Shown here: in pieces, positions 24,883 through 35,108 of the stretch
How positions within the stretch are numbered: position 1 is the first letter of the stretch
How the letters are laid out: every line of letters begins with the position of its first letter
Assembly (NCBI GenBank): GCA_016209225.1
Contig: JACQWO010000025.1
Span: 14,548 to 78,547 of the forward strand
From: Desulfobacterales bacterium
GTDB lineage: Bacteria; Desulfobacterota; UBA8473
Direction: 5' to 3'
Length of the DNA stretch: 64,000 nucleotides
Notes under the pieces: generated by a model
Told to the model about the DNA's origin: nothing
Seen by the model: the letters and a program-made list of their open reading frames with translations, nothing else
Database searches by the model: none
Translations under genes and position numbers: made by a program

Positions 24883-27543
24883 TTACTGCAAAACTAAATA
24901 CTGGTGTGAAGTAACGGTTCCCTTATCACGTATTCCGTGCGATTCGCAATGCTCCACATTTTCCACAAACAAATCAACGATATTGAACCAGCGTTTGCTT
25001 ACCTTTTTTAATTCTTCTGCCATATCGCATTTAATGCTTTTTCCTAAATGCAAAACGCAAACGCCGCCTCGTTTCAGCCGCTCTCTGGATTGTCTGAAGA
25101 TACCTTCATAAATTGCAAAGTCCTTTTTCTGCTTTTCCTCAATATATGAGTTTATCTGATATTTAAAATCATTTTCTGACCATCCGCTAAACCAAATTCT
25201 TATCCAGTTTGCAAGATAAAACCTTGTGCTGTCAAAGAATGGAGGAGAAGTAATAACCGCGTCAAGATTATTTATCTCTTGCGGCCAGATAGATGTTGAA
25301 TCTTGATTATAGATTTTCCCTGGAATAAAATTCAAAGGCAATTCCACTTTCAATGTTCTTTCAACTTTGTCGGTGAGATTTTTGATTAAGTTTTTATAAA
25401 CAAATTCTCCTTGCGGTGCATAAGGGACAATCGGGTGCGACCGTCTGCTCAAGGCATACGGCCTGTTGCCGTGTAGAATATGAAGCAGAGAAGATATTAC
25501 AAGCATTTGGCTTGGATTTTCAGGATAATTAAGTTTTAAAAACCTCCTTGCCAGCAAAATTTCTTTAAGTGTTTTTTCCTCATAATATTCAGCAAGTGTT
25601 TTGTTAAAGCCAAAATGCTTTGCTTCATTCAATTCTTCTTTTGTGCATTTATTTTGCTCTATGAATTCTGCCATCTGCTGAATGTAATTTAAACACTCGT
25701 TTTTTTTATGTATGCTAACCTTAGCAGTTGAAATATAGTAAGCGGGTATGCTGATGTCAAACCCATAAGATCTCCTTCCGTTTAATGCTGCCTCAAAAGG
25801 AACCGTCCCTACTCCCGAAAATGGGTCAAGAACACTGCCGTTTTCCGGGACAAATGTTTTGACAAGGTGATGGGCGATAGATGCCTTTAATTTCCCTTGA
25901 TAAGAGCAAAGGGAATGAAGCGGATTGCCCCAGTTTCTTTTGGAGTATGGGAGTTTTTGGTAGGGCAGGTTATCTTTAAAATGCTCCCAATTCCCCGGAT
26001 TGAAGATTTTTATCTTCTGTTTTTCCTCTGGCATGTATGTTGATTTATTAAATTCTAACACCAGCAGCGTTTGGCTCAATACTTCCTTATTTCTTGACCT
26101 CCGTTTTCTTAAAAGTTTTTTCTCCTTTAATTCATATCCAAGTGCAGCCAATATTTCAATCAGAATATCATCGGTCTTAATGTGAACATCAGCAAAAATA
26201 GAGTCGCCAATATCAATCAAAATTTTTGCTCGGTCTCTTAAGTGTTCTCGCAGATTGGAAAAAATGGCATACATTTCTTCAAAATAACTTTTCGCCATTA
26301 TCGGAATACGTTGGTCATACGATTTTTTATACAGTTTTACAATGGTGTCCTTTAGTAATTTATTTTTAATCATTATGTCCGTTCCGCTGCTGCCCGAAGC
26401 TGCTTTTTTCACATCGTTAATTCCGCTGGTAAGTGCTTGGTCGCGGAAAAGTCGCAAGTCGTCTCCAGACTGGATGTATCGCAGAAACCACAACTCCAGT
26501 TTGGTGTTTCTAAAATAATTTGTCCCGTTAAGATAGGGCGGGCTTGTAATAATAGCGTCAATATTTAAATCATTTACCATATCAATATATTTTGCATTGG
26601 AAAGAATCATCTCCGGTGCCGCCTTTAACACAAATTCCAAATTGAGAATGTCATTGGCTATCTCTTTCAATTTATTTGGTAAAAATTTTCCCAATTCAAC
26701 CTTTGCTTTTTCCAGTTCATTTTTGGTCTTAAACCTAACATCACCCGCCTTTTTCAGAAATGAAACAGGAATTAAGGCAGCCAAAATAGCGATGGTAATA
26801 GTATCCGCCAAAAGTTCATCTTCCAATTTTACAATGTCAATAAATGAGCGTAGACGGAGAATCCGGGTAAAAACATCGTCCTCAAAATATCTGCTGTTGC
26901 CGAAAATGAGACCGTAACTTTTTTTCAAATACTTGTCTTCCTCAAAGTTTTCAATCTTCTCAACGAGTTGCCCTGCAATTTGGGTTACCTTCTCTGCTAA
27001 CTGTTTTCGTATTGTAAAACTTGATTTCAGAATTTTGATTTTTGTATGTATAAGAAATTGAAGAAGTGGATTGATTTCTGAATAAACAGTCTTTATATTT
27101 AATTGGGAGGCGGCAAAAATGGTGGTTCCGGTTCCAATAAATGGATCGTAAATGCAAGCTGCTTTTTTACAATAATTGTTAATAAGAGATTTTACAAACT
27201 CGGGAGAATAACCTTCAATGAAAGGATACCATCTCTGAAAAGGAATTGACTTGCTGCCAATAAAGGTTACATCACGGGGATTAATGATAGAAAATCCGTT
27301 AAGGTTCTTTTTGATTAAGCGTTTGACAACCTGGTTGAGCGACCTTTCCTCTTTCTCAGAAAACAGTGCTAATTGCTTATAACTTTTAATGCCGATTAAT
27401 TCTCTTAACTCCTCGCTGCTCAATTCTTTTATTTTCGTGTAATAGGGCGCTTCCGGCTCGTTGAATGCCAATGTGATTGATTTTTCTTTTGAGTCATCTG
27501 ACGGATAGTCGTCAAAGTAAATGGATTTGAAGTATTGTCCCAT
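24883..27543 (-). CDS. Tandem two-domain DNA methyltransferase (amino-MTase; two FxGxG ... SPP[YF] modules), Type IIS-like
   Basis: 886 aa. The first half carries DPFIGTGTT and ITSPPYLNGTNYF. The second half carries LDPFSGVGTV and ITSPPFFDST. The SPPY/SPPF catalytic motif is the N4-C/N6-A amino-methyltransferase type. Confidence 0.75.
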   Translation of the reverse strand: MGQYFKSIYFDDYPSDDSKEKSITLAFNEPEAPYYTKIKELSSEELRELIGIKSYKQLALFSEKEERSLNQVVKRLIKKNLNGFSIINPRDVTFIGSKSIPFQRWYPFIEGYSPEFVKSLINNYCKKAACIYDPFIGTGTTIFAASQLNIKTVYSEINPLLQFLIHTKIKILKSSFTIRKQLAEKVTQIAGQLVEKIENFEEDKYLKKSYGLIFGNSRYFEDDVFTRILRLRSFIDIVKLEDELLADTITIAILAALIPVSFLKKAGDVRFKTKNELEKAKVELGKFLPNKLKEIANDILNLEFVLKAAPEMILSNAKYIDMVNDLNIDAIITSPPYLNGTNYFRNTKLELWFLRYIQSGDDLRLFRDQALTSGINDVKKAASGSSGTDIMIKNKLLKDTIVKLYKKSYDQRIPIMAKSYFEEMYAIFSNLREHLRDRAKILIDIGDSIFADVHIKTDDILIEILAALGYELKEKKLLRKRRSRNKEVLSQTLLVLEFNKSTYMPEEKQKIKIFNPGNWEHFKDNLPYQKLPYSKRNWGNPLHSLCSYQGKLKASIAHHLVKTFVPENGSVLDPFSGVGTVPFEAALNGRRSYGFDISIPAYYISTAKVSIHKKNECLNYIQQMAEFIEQNKCTKEELNEAKHFGFNKTLAEYYEEKTLKEILLARRFLKLNYPENPSQMLVISSLLHILHGNRPYALSRRSHPIVPYAPQGEFVYKNLIKNLTDKVERTLKVELPLNFIPGKIYNQDSTSIWPQEINNLDAVITSPPFFDSTRFYLANWIRIWFSGWSENDFKYQINSYIEEKQKKDFAIYEGIFRQSRERLKRGGVCVLHLGKSIKCDMAEELKKVSKRWFNIVDLFVENVEHCESHGIRDKGTVTSHQYLVLQ

Positions 27544-27746
27544 AGAAGATTTTCTCTCTGTAATTATGAAAAAACTGATATATTATGATAGTTGTTTCAT
27601 AAAATTTTGTCAACAGTTTTTATTCTTATTCTTGGTGGTGAAAAAAATGGGGGGGTAGAGTGGGGGGTCGCATCTTAGAAAGTTTAGGGACGGTGTCCAA
27701 AATTATCACTTAACAAAACACTTAATTGAGATAAAAAGGTATTATT

Positions 27747-27839
27747 ATGCCCCGACAAGCAAGATTGGATGCGCAGGGAACCCTTCACCATGTGATGATC
27801 CGCGGTATTGAGAGAGGCACGATATTTTGTAATAAATAA
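27747..27839 (+). pseudogene. Y1/IS200-like transposase-like gene, N-terminal 30-aa remnant
   Basis: MPRQARLDAQGTLHHVMIRGIERGTIFCNK*. The first 20 aa are homologous to the N-terminus of the 14484 gene. The stop abuts the stop codon of the sigma54 regulator. Confidence 0.5.
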
Positions 27840-29285
27840 TCAAAACTTTGTGAAAGCTCCTAATATGCTTATCTCTTTCTGTACTCCGTATTTCTCCATC
27901 CTCCTACGGAGACTGTTCCTGTTTATACCCAAAAGCTTTGCTGCCTTCACCTGATTGCCTTTTGTTCTCATAAGCGCCTTTATTACAAGCATTTTCTCCA
28001 GAAATGAGAACACATCCTTATCCCCGGTTAGCGATAAGGGGATTTCTTCAAGAAGTCTATCTAAGATTCCATTCAACCCTGAAACCAGCCCCCCTTCTTT
28101 TTCCAGGGTATGAGCCCTATTTGTTTCCTCCTCAAAAGAGAGGTCTTCCTGGACAATGACTTCCGACTTACATCTAATAATAGCCTTCTTGACAACATTC
28201 TCAAGCTCTCTGACATTGCCGGGCCAATGATAACCCATCAATACCTTGATCGCCGATGGAGCAATATCTTTTATTTCTTTATTCAACTCCGGGCTTGACT
28301 TTTTTATGAAATACCTCACTAAATCCGGTATGTCGCCCTTCCTTTCCCTTAAGGGGGGGAGGTAAATAGAGACTACGTTCAAACGGTAATAGAGGTCTTC
28401 CCTGAACCTTCCCTCAGCGACTTCCTTTCTCAGATCCTTATTGGTGGCGGCTATTACCCTGATGTCAACCTTTATTGTTTCATTTCCTCCCAATCTTTCA
28501 AACTCCATCTCCTGTAATACACGAAGCATCTTGGCTTGAAGAAGAAGGGACATGTCCCCTATTTCATCCAAAAGTATGGTGCCCCCACTTAACTGTTCAA
28601 GCTTCCCGATCTTTCTTAGCCGGGCGTCGGTAAATGCCCCTTTTTCATAACCAAAAAGCTCCGACTCCAGTAGATTGTCGGGTATGGCAGCACAGTTTAT
28701 TGCCATGAAGGGTTTGTCCCTTCTTGTGCTGTGTTTATATATAGCCCTGGCAACCAGCTCTTTTCCAGTGCCACTTTCTCCAGTTAAAAGAACCGTTATA
28801 TCTTTCCCGGCCACCTGCCCTATGTACTTATATACCTTCTGCATTTCAGGCGAGTTTCCAACCATGATGTCCCCGTTTAGTTCCCCCTCTTGGGAAGGGG
28901 ACAGGGCAACCTTTCTCTTCATCATCTCTGTTACGGATAAGGCGCTGGATATGGTTGCCTTCATCCAATCGATATCAAAGGGTTTCAGGGTGTAGTCGTA
29001 TGCTCCTAACCTCATGGCCTCCACCGCGGTTTCCATAGTTCCATACGCCGTCATAATTATAATATGGAGTTTGGGATCTATATTCTTGATTTTTCTCAGG
29101 GTGGTGATTCCATCTATCCCGGGCATCCTGATATCCATTATTACCAGGTCTGGGGTATCCCTGCTGATGATGTCTACGGCCTCTTCTCCGGACGAGGCAG
29201 AAAGGACAACATAACTCTTGGAGAAGACCTTTTTAAAAGAGTAATGAACATTGGGCTCATCATCAACGATCAGTATCTTTTTCAT
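27840..29285 (-). CDS. Sigma54-dependent Fis-family response regulator (NtrC-like)
   Basis: Receiver domain (DDEPNV...DLVIMDIRMPGIDG). AAA+ sigma54-interaction domain with Walker A GESGTGKE and a GAFTDA variant of GAFTGA. C-terminal Fis HTH. Confidence 0.85.
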   Translation of the reverse strand: MKKILIVDDEPNVHYSFKKVFSKSYVVLSASSGEEAVDIISRDTPDLVIMDIRMPGIDGITTLRKIKNIDPKLHIIIMTAYGTMETAVEAMRLGAYDYTLKPFDIDWMKATISSALSVTEMMKRKVALSPSQEGELNGDIMVGNSPEMQKVYKYIGQVAGKDITVLLTGESGTGKELVARAIYKHSTRRDKPFMAINCAAIPDNLLESELFGYEKGAFTDARLRKIGKLEQLSGGTILLDEIGDMSLLLQAKMLRVLQEMEFERLGGNETIKVDIRVIAATNKDLRKEVAEGRFREDLYYRLNVVSIYLPPLRERKGDIPDLVRYFIKKSSPELNKEIKDIAPSAIKVLMGYHWPGNVRELENVVKKAIIRCKSEVIVQEDLSFEEETNRAHTLEKEGGLVSGLNGILDRLLEEIPLSLTGDKDVFSFLEKMLVIKALMRTKGNQVKAAKLLGINRNSLRRRMEKYGVQKEISILGAFTKF

Positions 29286-30952
29286 TGTACTGCCTCTATG
29301 GGCAGACTTACAGTAAATGTAGTGCCAATATCCGGGGTACTCTCCACTTCGATCGTCCCTCTATGTTCTTCAACAACCCGATGGACTATGGCCAGCCCCA
29401 ACCCCAGTCCTTTGGCCTTTGTGGTTACAAAAGGCTGAAATATCCTTTCCTTTATTGACTCCGGGATGCCAGAACCGCTATCCTTTATCTTGACCTGGAT
29501 AAAACCTCCGATAGCCCCTGAGGAGACTTCCAGCTCTCCGCCATCTTCCATAGCGTCTATGGCATTAAGAAACAGGTTGAGAAATAGCTGAGCTGCCTTC
29601 TCAGGATAACAGGATATATAGGGGAGTGGTAAAAGTGTCTTTTTGAGTTTCATCCTCTGTTGAGAAAGACGGTGCTCTATGAGAAGAAGGGTGTTTTCTA
29701 AGACCTGGTTTATATCCATTTTCTGCCGCTCTGGCTTTTCTCCCCGGGCGTAGTTCAAAAACTGGGTCACTATTCTATTCATGCGATCCAGTTCATTCTC
29801 GATTATAGTCGCATCCTTTTTGTCGGGGATAGACAGGGAGTGGAAAAGCATCTTGACTATGGTAAGGGGGTTTCTAATCTCGTGGGCCACCTCGATTGCC
29901 ATCTCTCCCAATACCCCGAGTTTCTCTGTCTCACGTATTCTCTCTTCCAGGCCTATCATCTGTTCATACAACCTGGCATTCTCAATAGCAATGGCAGATT
30001 GGTCGGCAAGGCTGGAAAGGAGCTGGATTTCTTCTGAGGTAAACCTGTGTTGTGCAGCCGTATAGGTGTTAATAACGCCTATTATTCTCTCTTTCACCAT
30101 CATGGGAACAGAAAGGAGGGAACAGAGGCCCACTTTTTTTGCCAGATCAAGATGTCTGTATCCCTTCTCTTTTCGAACATCCAGGATCATCAGAGGTTTT
30201 TTAGTCCTGACCACCTGACCTATTAAGCTCTCATCCACTTTAAGGTTGGGCTTCAATGTATAGTCCATACCCCCTCCATGGACGGCTTTAATCACTAATT
30301 CGTCTCTATCCGGATTCAGCAGCATGAGTGAAGAGACTTTGGTGTTCATCAGATGTGAGGCTTTCTCCACGATTGTCTCAAGAACCTTCTCTAAGTTCAG
30401 TGTCCCGGTAATGACCTTTCCTATGTCAAATAAGGCTGAAAGCTCTTCTACTCTCCATTTCAGGGTCTCATAGAGCTTGGCGTTCTGAATGATTTTAGCC
30501 GATTGGCCGGCCAGGGTGAAGATCAGTTCCATATCTTCCTGGGTGAAGGCGGATGTCCTTGTGCTGTCCACATTCACCACCCCGATAACCTGGTCTTCCA
30601 ATATCAGGGGAACTGCCAGCTCTGATTTTACGTCTTTATCTATCTTTACGTATCTTTCATCTTTTGTCACATCAGGCACCAGGACCGGTTTCCCCTCTTT
30701 TGCCACCCAGCCTGTAATGCCTTCACCTATCTTGAGTTTGGTGTCACTAACCACCCGGGGAGAGAATCCACGGGCTACCTCGATATTCAAGACCCCGGAA
30801 TCCCTGTCAATCAACATCAACGAGCCTGTTGTGGCCTTGGTAATCTTTACTGCGGCATCTATAATCAGATTCAGAACCTCTTGGGGCTCCAGGGTTGAAC
30901 TGATGACCCTCGACAGGTTGTAAAGTTCGGTCAGTCTGGAATTCTTAAGCAT
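29282..30952 (-). CDS. Cytoplasmic sensor histidine kinase with two GAF domains (NtrB-like partner)
   Basis: Two GAF regions, a HisKA H-box (AHEIRNPL), and HATPase_c G-boxes (DSGSGIP, GLGLGL). No TM segment. Overlaps the regulator gene by 4 nt. Confidence 0.85.
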   Translation of the reverse strand: MLKNSRLTELYNLSRVISSTLEPQEVLNLIIDAAVKITKATTGSLMLIDRDSGVLNIEVARGFSPRVVSDTKLKIGEGITGWVAKEGKPVLVPDVTKDERYVKIDKDVKSELAVPLILEDQVIGVVNVDSTRTSAFTQEDMELIFTLAGQSAKIIQNAKLYETLKWRVEELSALFDIGKVITGTLNLEKVLETIVEKASHLMNTKVSSLMLLNPDRDELVIKAVHGGGMDYTLKPNLKVDESLIGQVVRTKKPLMILDVRKEKGYRHLDLAKKVGLCSLLSVPMMVKERIIGVINTYTAAQHRFTSEEIQLLSSLADQSAIAIENARLYEQMIGLEERIRETEKLGVLGEMAIEVAHEIRNPLTIVKMLFHSLSIPDKKDATIIENELDRMNRIVTQFLNYARGEKPERQKMDINQVLENTLLLIEHRLSQQRMKLKKTLLPLPYISCYPEKAAQLFLNLFLNAIDAMEDGGELEVSSGAIGGFIQVKIKDSGSGIPESIKERIFQPFVTTKAKGLGLGLAIVHRVVEEHRGTIEVESTPDIGTTFTVSLPIEAVQ

Positions 30953-33605
30953 TCCACTCTTCCAGCCCGTCTTCCGCTATGGTCTCTCCCCTTTTGGGCT
31001 GTACCTTTCTGTAGACTTCGATAGGGTCTTTCCTCTCTCCGCTAACCTTTAAGAGGTCATCTTCGATTGAAATCCCAAACAACCGTTCATTCTCTTGCAG
31101 GTAAGGAAGGATCAGCTCCCAGTCTCTCCGTTCCAGAGGCACGATTTCTCCTCCATTTAACTGCTGATCGTCCACCGTACGGTGAGGATCACGAACATAA
31201 ATCGCACCGCCCGATGCCAGGGAAAAGAGGTTGGAACCCGGATACGAAACAGATTGAGGTATGACGGTTCCGTCATTGTTGAATTCCATACCGTTCAACA
31301 CTACAAAGCCGCCTCCGTTATGAGGGTCGCCGGCCATAAACGATTCGGCAAGGTAATCGAGGCAAGTCCCGTTTATGACCACCCGTGGCCGGCCCACTGC
31401 ATTGATAAGCGGCCGGCCGGCTGCGTTGCCCATAACATAGACTTCGCCTCCCTTAGCACCATACATGAAGGTCTGACCGGTGTCCCCGTAAATGACCATC
31501 TTCCCTGATTTCATAATCTGTCCAACCTGGTCTTGTGCATTACCATGGACATAGATGGAGAGCCCGTCAATCCCGGAGCCAAGATAATCTCCCGAACTGC
31601 CGTAGATATCGATCCGCACATCCCCGGAGTCGGGGCCGATACCGCATCCGTGAAAACGCTGCCCCTTCAGCCCAAATACGATAAACCGGCGCCAACCCAT
31701 ACAATAGGCATCTACAATCAGGCGGCTTTCACAGTCCTCTCCTTCCGGCGGGAAGAGAGAACCGTCAATAATCAAGGTGTCTTCCCCTTCAACCGGCCCC
31801 CTGAGAAGATCTCTGCTATCCCAATCTATCAGTCTGCATGACACTCCATTGTTTTCCCTGTTCCTGCTGCTATCCGGTGTCTCAAGAGAAGGGAAACTGC
31901 GGAATATACTATCAAGTGTACGGTCTATCATTTGAAGGATAGACCGTCGCTTCTTGTTATATGTTGGGTAACGCCTGTCTATCAGTCTGCTCAGAGCATC
32001 GAGTGCCGTCTCAAAGCAGTCATTTCCCCTTGATGCCCATGTCTTCACCTCCATCAGGGAATCAAAGAAGTCTTCGTAGCTAAAGTCCTTGATTCTGTCT
32101 TTCAGATATTCATACAGGAGATCAGGCTGCTTTTTATGGAAAAAAACGGACAGATCAGCCCCTGATTTCTCCTCCTTATCTCTTAGGGAATATCCCTTAT
32201 CGGTTATATAGGCGGATTGATTGGTCGGAATAGTAATCTCATTCCCGAACTTGTCAGCGCAGGTCAATTTGCGCTCAAGATAGTTGCCATCGCTTTCTTC
32301 TAGATTGAATACAAATGCCCCTCCATCGGTATAGCTTCCCCCGCGTGCATTCCAGTATCGATCCGCCACCGTACCAACCCTTGGATCTTCCTCTGCCAGG
32401 CTCTTCAATGTAGCATCGATAGCCTGTTTCTCAGAACATACCAGCCCTATCTGAACTTCCCCGTCATGCAGGGCAAAGACCTGGGGTCTGAGCATCGAGG
32501 TATCGGTAATACCAATGAGCTGTAAACGCTTATTCTCCGTGTCATTCCTCGCAATAATAAAAAACCAGGGGCCGTCCGGGGATCCGTGAATATGGGTCGC
32601 CTGAATAGCCCGGTAGATCTTCTGTTTTTCTATAGGCAACTGATCAAAATCCCTCTCCATGGTGGGAGCGAGCGCTTCAATAACATATTCCAGAGGATAA
32701 TCGTAGGTTCTGCTATATAAATCGAAAAGAAGAGCAGATACCTCCGTATCGGTCAAAAAGAGAGGGTAGATATTCCTCTGTCTCAAATATTCCGCAACTG
32801 AGCGGTAGTTTGCAAAATCTCCGTTGTGGACAAGTGCCTCATTAAGACCGACAAAGGGATGGGCGCCACCCGGATGCCAGACCCTTCCTTTGGTGGGATA
32901 GCGTTGATGAGCGATCCAGACATGTGCCCTGAAATCTTCGAGTTTGTAGTATTGCACCACTTCCTCAGCATAGCCGACAATCTTAAGTATAATGAAGTTC
33001 CTGCCATGGGAAACAACAAAGGCATGCTGCTTTCCAAAGGCATCATAAAATGTCTTGTTTATATTAAAGCTGTTTCTGTAAACAAACTCATCCTCGGCCT
33101 TCCTTCTGTCCAGACCCTTTAAGCCTGTTTCATTTACAAAAGCATCGAGGACATTGGACTTTACACGGACAAAATAACGCCGGATTTCCGGAGGGCGCAC
33201 TATCATACCGGGAATGTCCCTGTAATCATCTATATGAGACAAACGTTCCGAAAAATCTACCCTGAAGCATGGCTTTATAAAACGATTCTCAAGGTCACTC
33301 ATAACCCCTTCTTCCAGCACAGCGATCTGAAGGATATAATCCTCTTCCAGTACCTCCTTAGTCACCCCCAGAGCGTTGTGGTCGAACCCCATAGCCGCGA
33401 TTCCTCCTCCGCGGCCGTTCCCCCTGTTGTGCATCTGTTTTGAAGGCTCAAAGATATGCTTCCCCCTGACCGGCACGCTACAGGCAAATCCGGTAACGCC
33501 GCAGCCGCCTTCGGCTTCTATCTCATAATTTATCCTTCCGGGCAGATCCTGCACCAGCGGCTTTCTCGATTCTATAATCCTTGAAATGACTTCCTTTCTT
33601 TCCAT
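30945..33605 (-). CDS. Glutamate-synthase-like fusion: class II glutamine amidotransferase (Ntn) domain plus GXGXG (GltB C-terminal) domain, lacking the FMN/synthase domain
   Basis: An N-terminal region with Cys in EGGCGVTGF is preceded by a 34-aa extension. The C-terminal roughly 250 aa carry GXGXG-domain repeats (IVFGLKGQRFHGCGIG...VMGNAAGRP...). Confidence 0.75.
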   Translation of the reverse strand: MERKEVISRIIESRKPLVQDLPGRINYEIEAEGGCGVTGFACSVPVRGKHIFEPSKQMHNRGNGRGGGIAAMGFDHNALGVTKEVLEEDYILQIAVLEEGVMSDLENRFIKPCFRVDFSERLSHIDDYRDIPGMIVRPPEIRRYFVRVKSNVLDAFVNETGLKGLDRRKAEDEFVYRNSFNINKTFYDAFGKQHAFVVSHGRNFIILKIVGYAEEVVQYYKLEDFRAHVWIAHQRYPTKGRVWHPGGAHPFVGLNEALVHNGDFANYRSVAEYLRQRNIYPLFLTDTEVSALLFDLYSRTYDYPLEYVIEALAPTMERDFDQLPIEKQKIYRAIQATHIHGSPDGPWFFIIARNDTENKRLQLIGITDTSMLRPQVFALHDGEVQIGLVCSEKQAIDATLKSLAEEDPRVGTVADRYWNARGGSYTDGGAFVFNLEESDGNYLERKLTCADKFGNEITIPTNQSAYITDKGYSLRDKEEKSGADLSVFFHKKQPDLLYEYLKDRIKDFSYEDFFDSLMEVKTWASRGNDCFETALDALSRLIDRRYPTYNKKRRSILQMIDRTLDSIFRSFPSLETPDSSRNRENNGVSCRLIDWDSRDLLRGPVEGEDTLIIDGSLFPPEGEDCESRLIVDAYCMGWRRFIVFGLKGQRFHGCGIGPDSGDVRIDIYGSSGDYLGSGIDGLSIYVHGNAQDQVGQIMKSGKMVIYGDTGQTFMYGAKGGEVYVMGNAAGRPLINAVGRPRVVINGTCLDYLAESFMAGDPHNGGGFVVLNGMEFNNDGTVIPQSVSYPGSNLFSLASGGAIYVRDPHRTVDDQQLNGGEIVPLERRDWELILPYLQENERLFGISIEDDLLKVSGERKDPIEVYRKVQPKRGETIAEDGLEEWNA

Positions 33606-33620
33606 GACTTCAGCACTTCC

Positions 33621-35108
33621 TTACATATAGTCTAGGTGTATCAGACAATCTGTCCTTCCTACAAGCTCTTTTATGCTTTTCATACCCAGTTTCTTGAGTA
33701 TCCTGATCAGTTCTCTTAGCCAGGCCAGGTACATATTGATTATCCGCTGAGTTCCCCACTCAATATTCATCAATTCTGACAATTCAGGATCTGTTGTGGC
33801 AATTCCACGGGCACACCCTCTCCCGCTTTCGCAATTCTGACATCGCACACACTCCAATGCCACCAGATCCGCCGTGCCTATACAGACCCCATCGGCCCCC
33901 AGGGCTATAATCTTTGCTACATCATGAGGTGTCCTTATACCGCCACTGGCAATAACTGTCATCTTGTCCCTTACGCCTTCTTCCTGTAAGAACCGGTGAA
34001 CCTTGGGTACCGCATATTCAATAGGCATGGCAATATTCTTCTTGGCAATATCAGGGGCAGCGCCAGTGCCTCCATAGCTCCCGTCGAGATGTATGATATG
34101 AGCACCGGCGTAATAGCTCCCTACAGCCACCATATCAACGTCGGTGGGCGTAGATACCTTTACCGATACGAGCGCTTTTGGATTTATCGCTTTAATCCAG
34201 TCAACATGTTTCTTGTGATCCTCTACGGAATATACGCTGTGAAAGGGAAAAGGCGAAAAAAGAGGATATCCGACCACAGCCTCCCGCATACGCGCAACGC
34301 CTGGGGTCACCTTATCCCCCAGGAGATGTCCGCCAAGACCCGGTTTTGCACCTTGGGCATATTTAAATTCAACAATCTTGACCCGCTGTATGGTCTCCTC
34401 TTTTACCCCGAAAAGGCCTGTTGCAACCTGGGTGATCATATGGTCATCATAAGGCTTCAACTCATCCGGATATCCGCCCTCACCTGTACATGAAAAAGTG
34501 CCGAGTGCCGCGGCTGCCCTGGCCCTGCTCACCATAGTTGTAACGCTAACAGAGCCATAGGACATCCCTCCTCCGTAGACAGGTATCTCAATCCTTATCC
34601 TGTGAGCGTTATCATCCCTCCTGTTCAATTCAAGGCTCACATCAATATCATCATCCGTAATATCCTCCAAGCATGACCTGGTGCCCTTAAAAATCAGACG
34701 GAGTTTATCGAAGCCTCCTCCGGAGTTTCCCACCTTGTATTCTAAGCCCGCAAGAGGTCTCTCCCCAAATTCTGCCATATACCAGGTACCGGCAAGTAGT
34801 TCATTTGTCCATCTAAAATCCCCCAGTGTATCGAAAACAGGGTTCCTCCGGACAGAAAGGGCCTGCACCGGACAGGCTTTGTAACACGGTTCAGGGCACC
34901 CGGTTCCTAAACACAGGTAATTATTCTCAACAAAAACCTGCCCCCTTCTTTTCACGTGTACTCCATAAGGACATATCTCCACACATTTTCCACAGGCTAT
35001 GCAGTCACCTGTCCTGTTTACCCTGAATTTTCCAATAGGGTTTCTAAAACGAGACCGCGTCCGCACAGCTTCCGGAAATTGAAAAACATTCGGATTACTC
35101 AAGCTCAC
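33621..35108 (-). CDS. Fe-S plus FMN glutamate-synthase central-domain-like protein (archaeal-type GltB domain 2), paralog 2
   Basis: N-terminal ferredoxin-like cysteines (CIACGKCVEICP). Glu_synthase FMN-domain motifs follow (GEGGYP, ASGGIRT). Start set at a GTG with RBS GGAGGG just after the upstream stop; the track ORF would otherwise overlap by 68 nt. Confidence 0.7.
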   Translation of the reverse strand: MSLSNPNVFQFPEAVRTRSRFRNPIGKFRVNRTGDCIACGKCVEICPYGVHVKRRGQVFVENNYLCLGTGCPEPCYKACPVQALSVRRNPVFDTLGDFRWTNELLAGTWYMAEFGERPLAGLEYKVGNSGGGFDKLRLIFKGTRSCLEDITDDDIDVSLELNRRDDNAHRIRIEIPVYGGGMSYGSVSVTTMVSRARAAAALGTFSCTGEGGYPDELKPYDDHMITQVATGLFGVKEETIQRVKIVEFKYAQGAKPGLGGHLLGDKVTPGVARMREAVVGYPLFSPFPFHSVYSVEDHKKHVDWIKAINPKALVSVKVSTPTDVDMVAVGSYYAGAHIIHLDGSYGGTGAAPDIAKKNIAMPIEYAVPKVHRFLQEEGVRDKMTVIASGGIRTPHDVAKIIALGADGVCIGTADLVALECVRCQNCESGRGCARGIATTDPELSELMNIEWGTQRIINMYLAWLRELIRILKKLGMKSIKELVGRTDCLIHLDYM

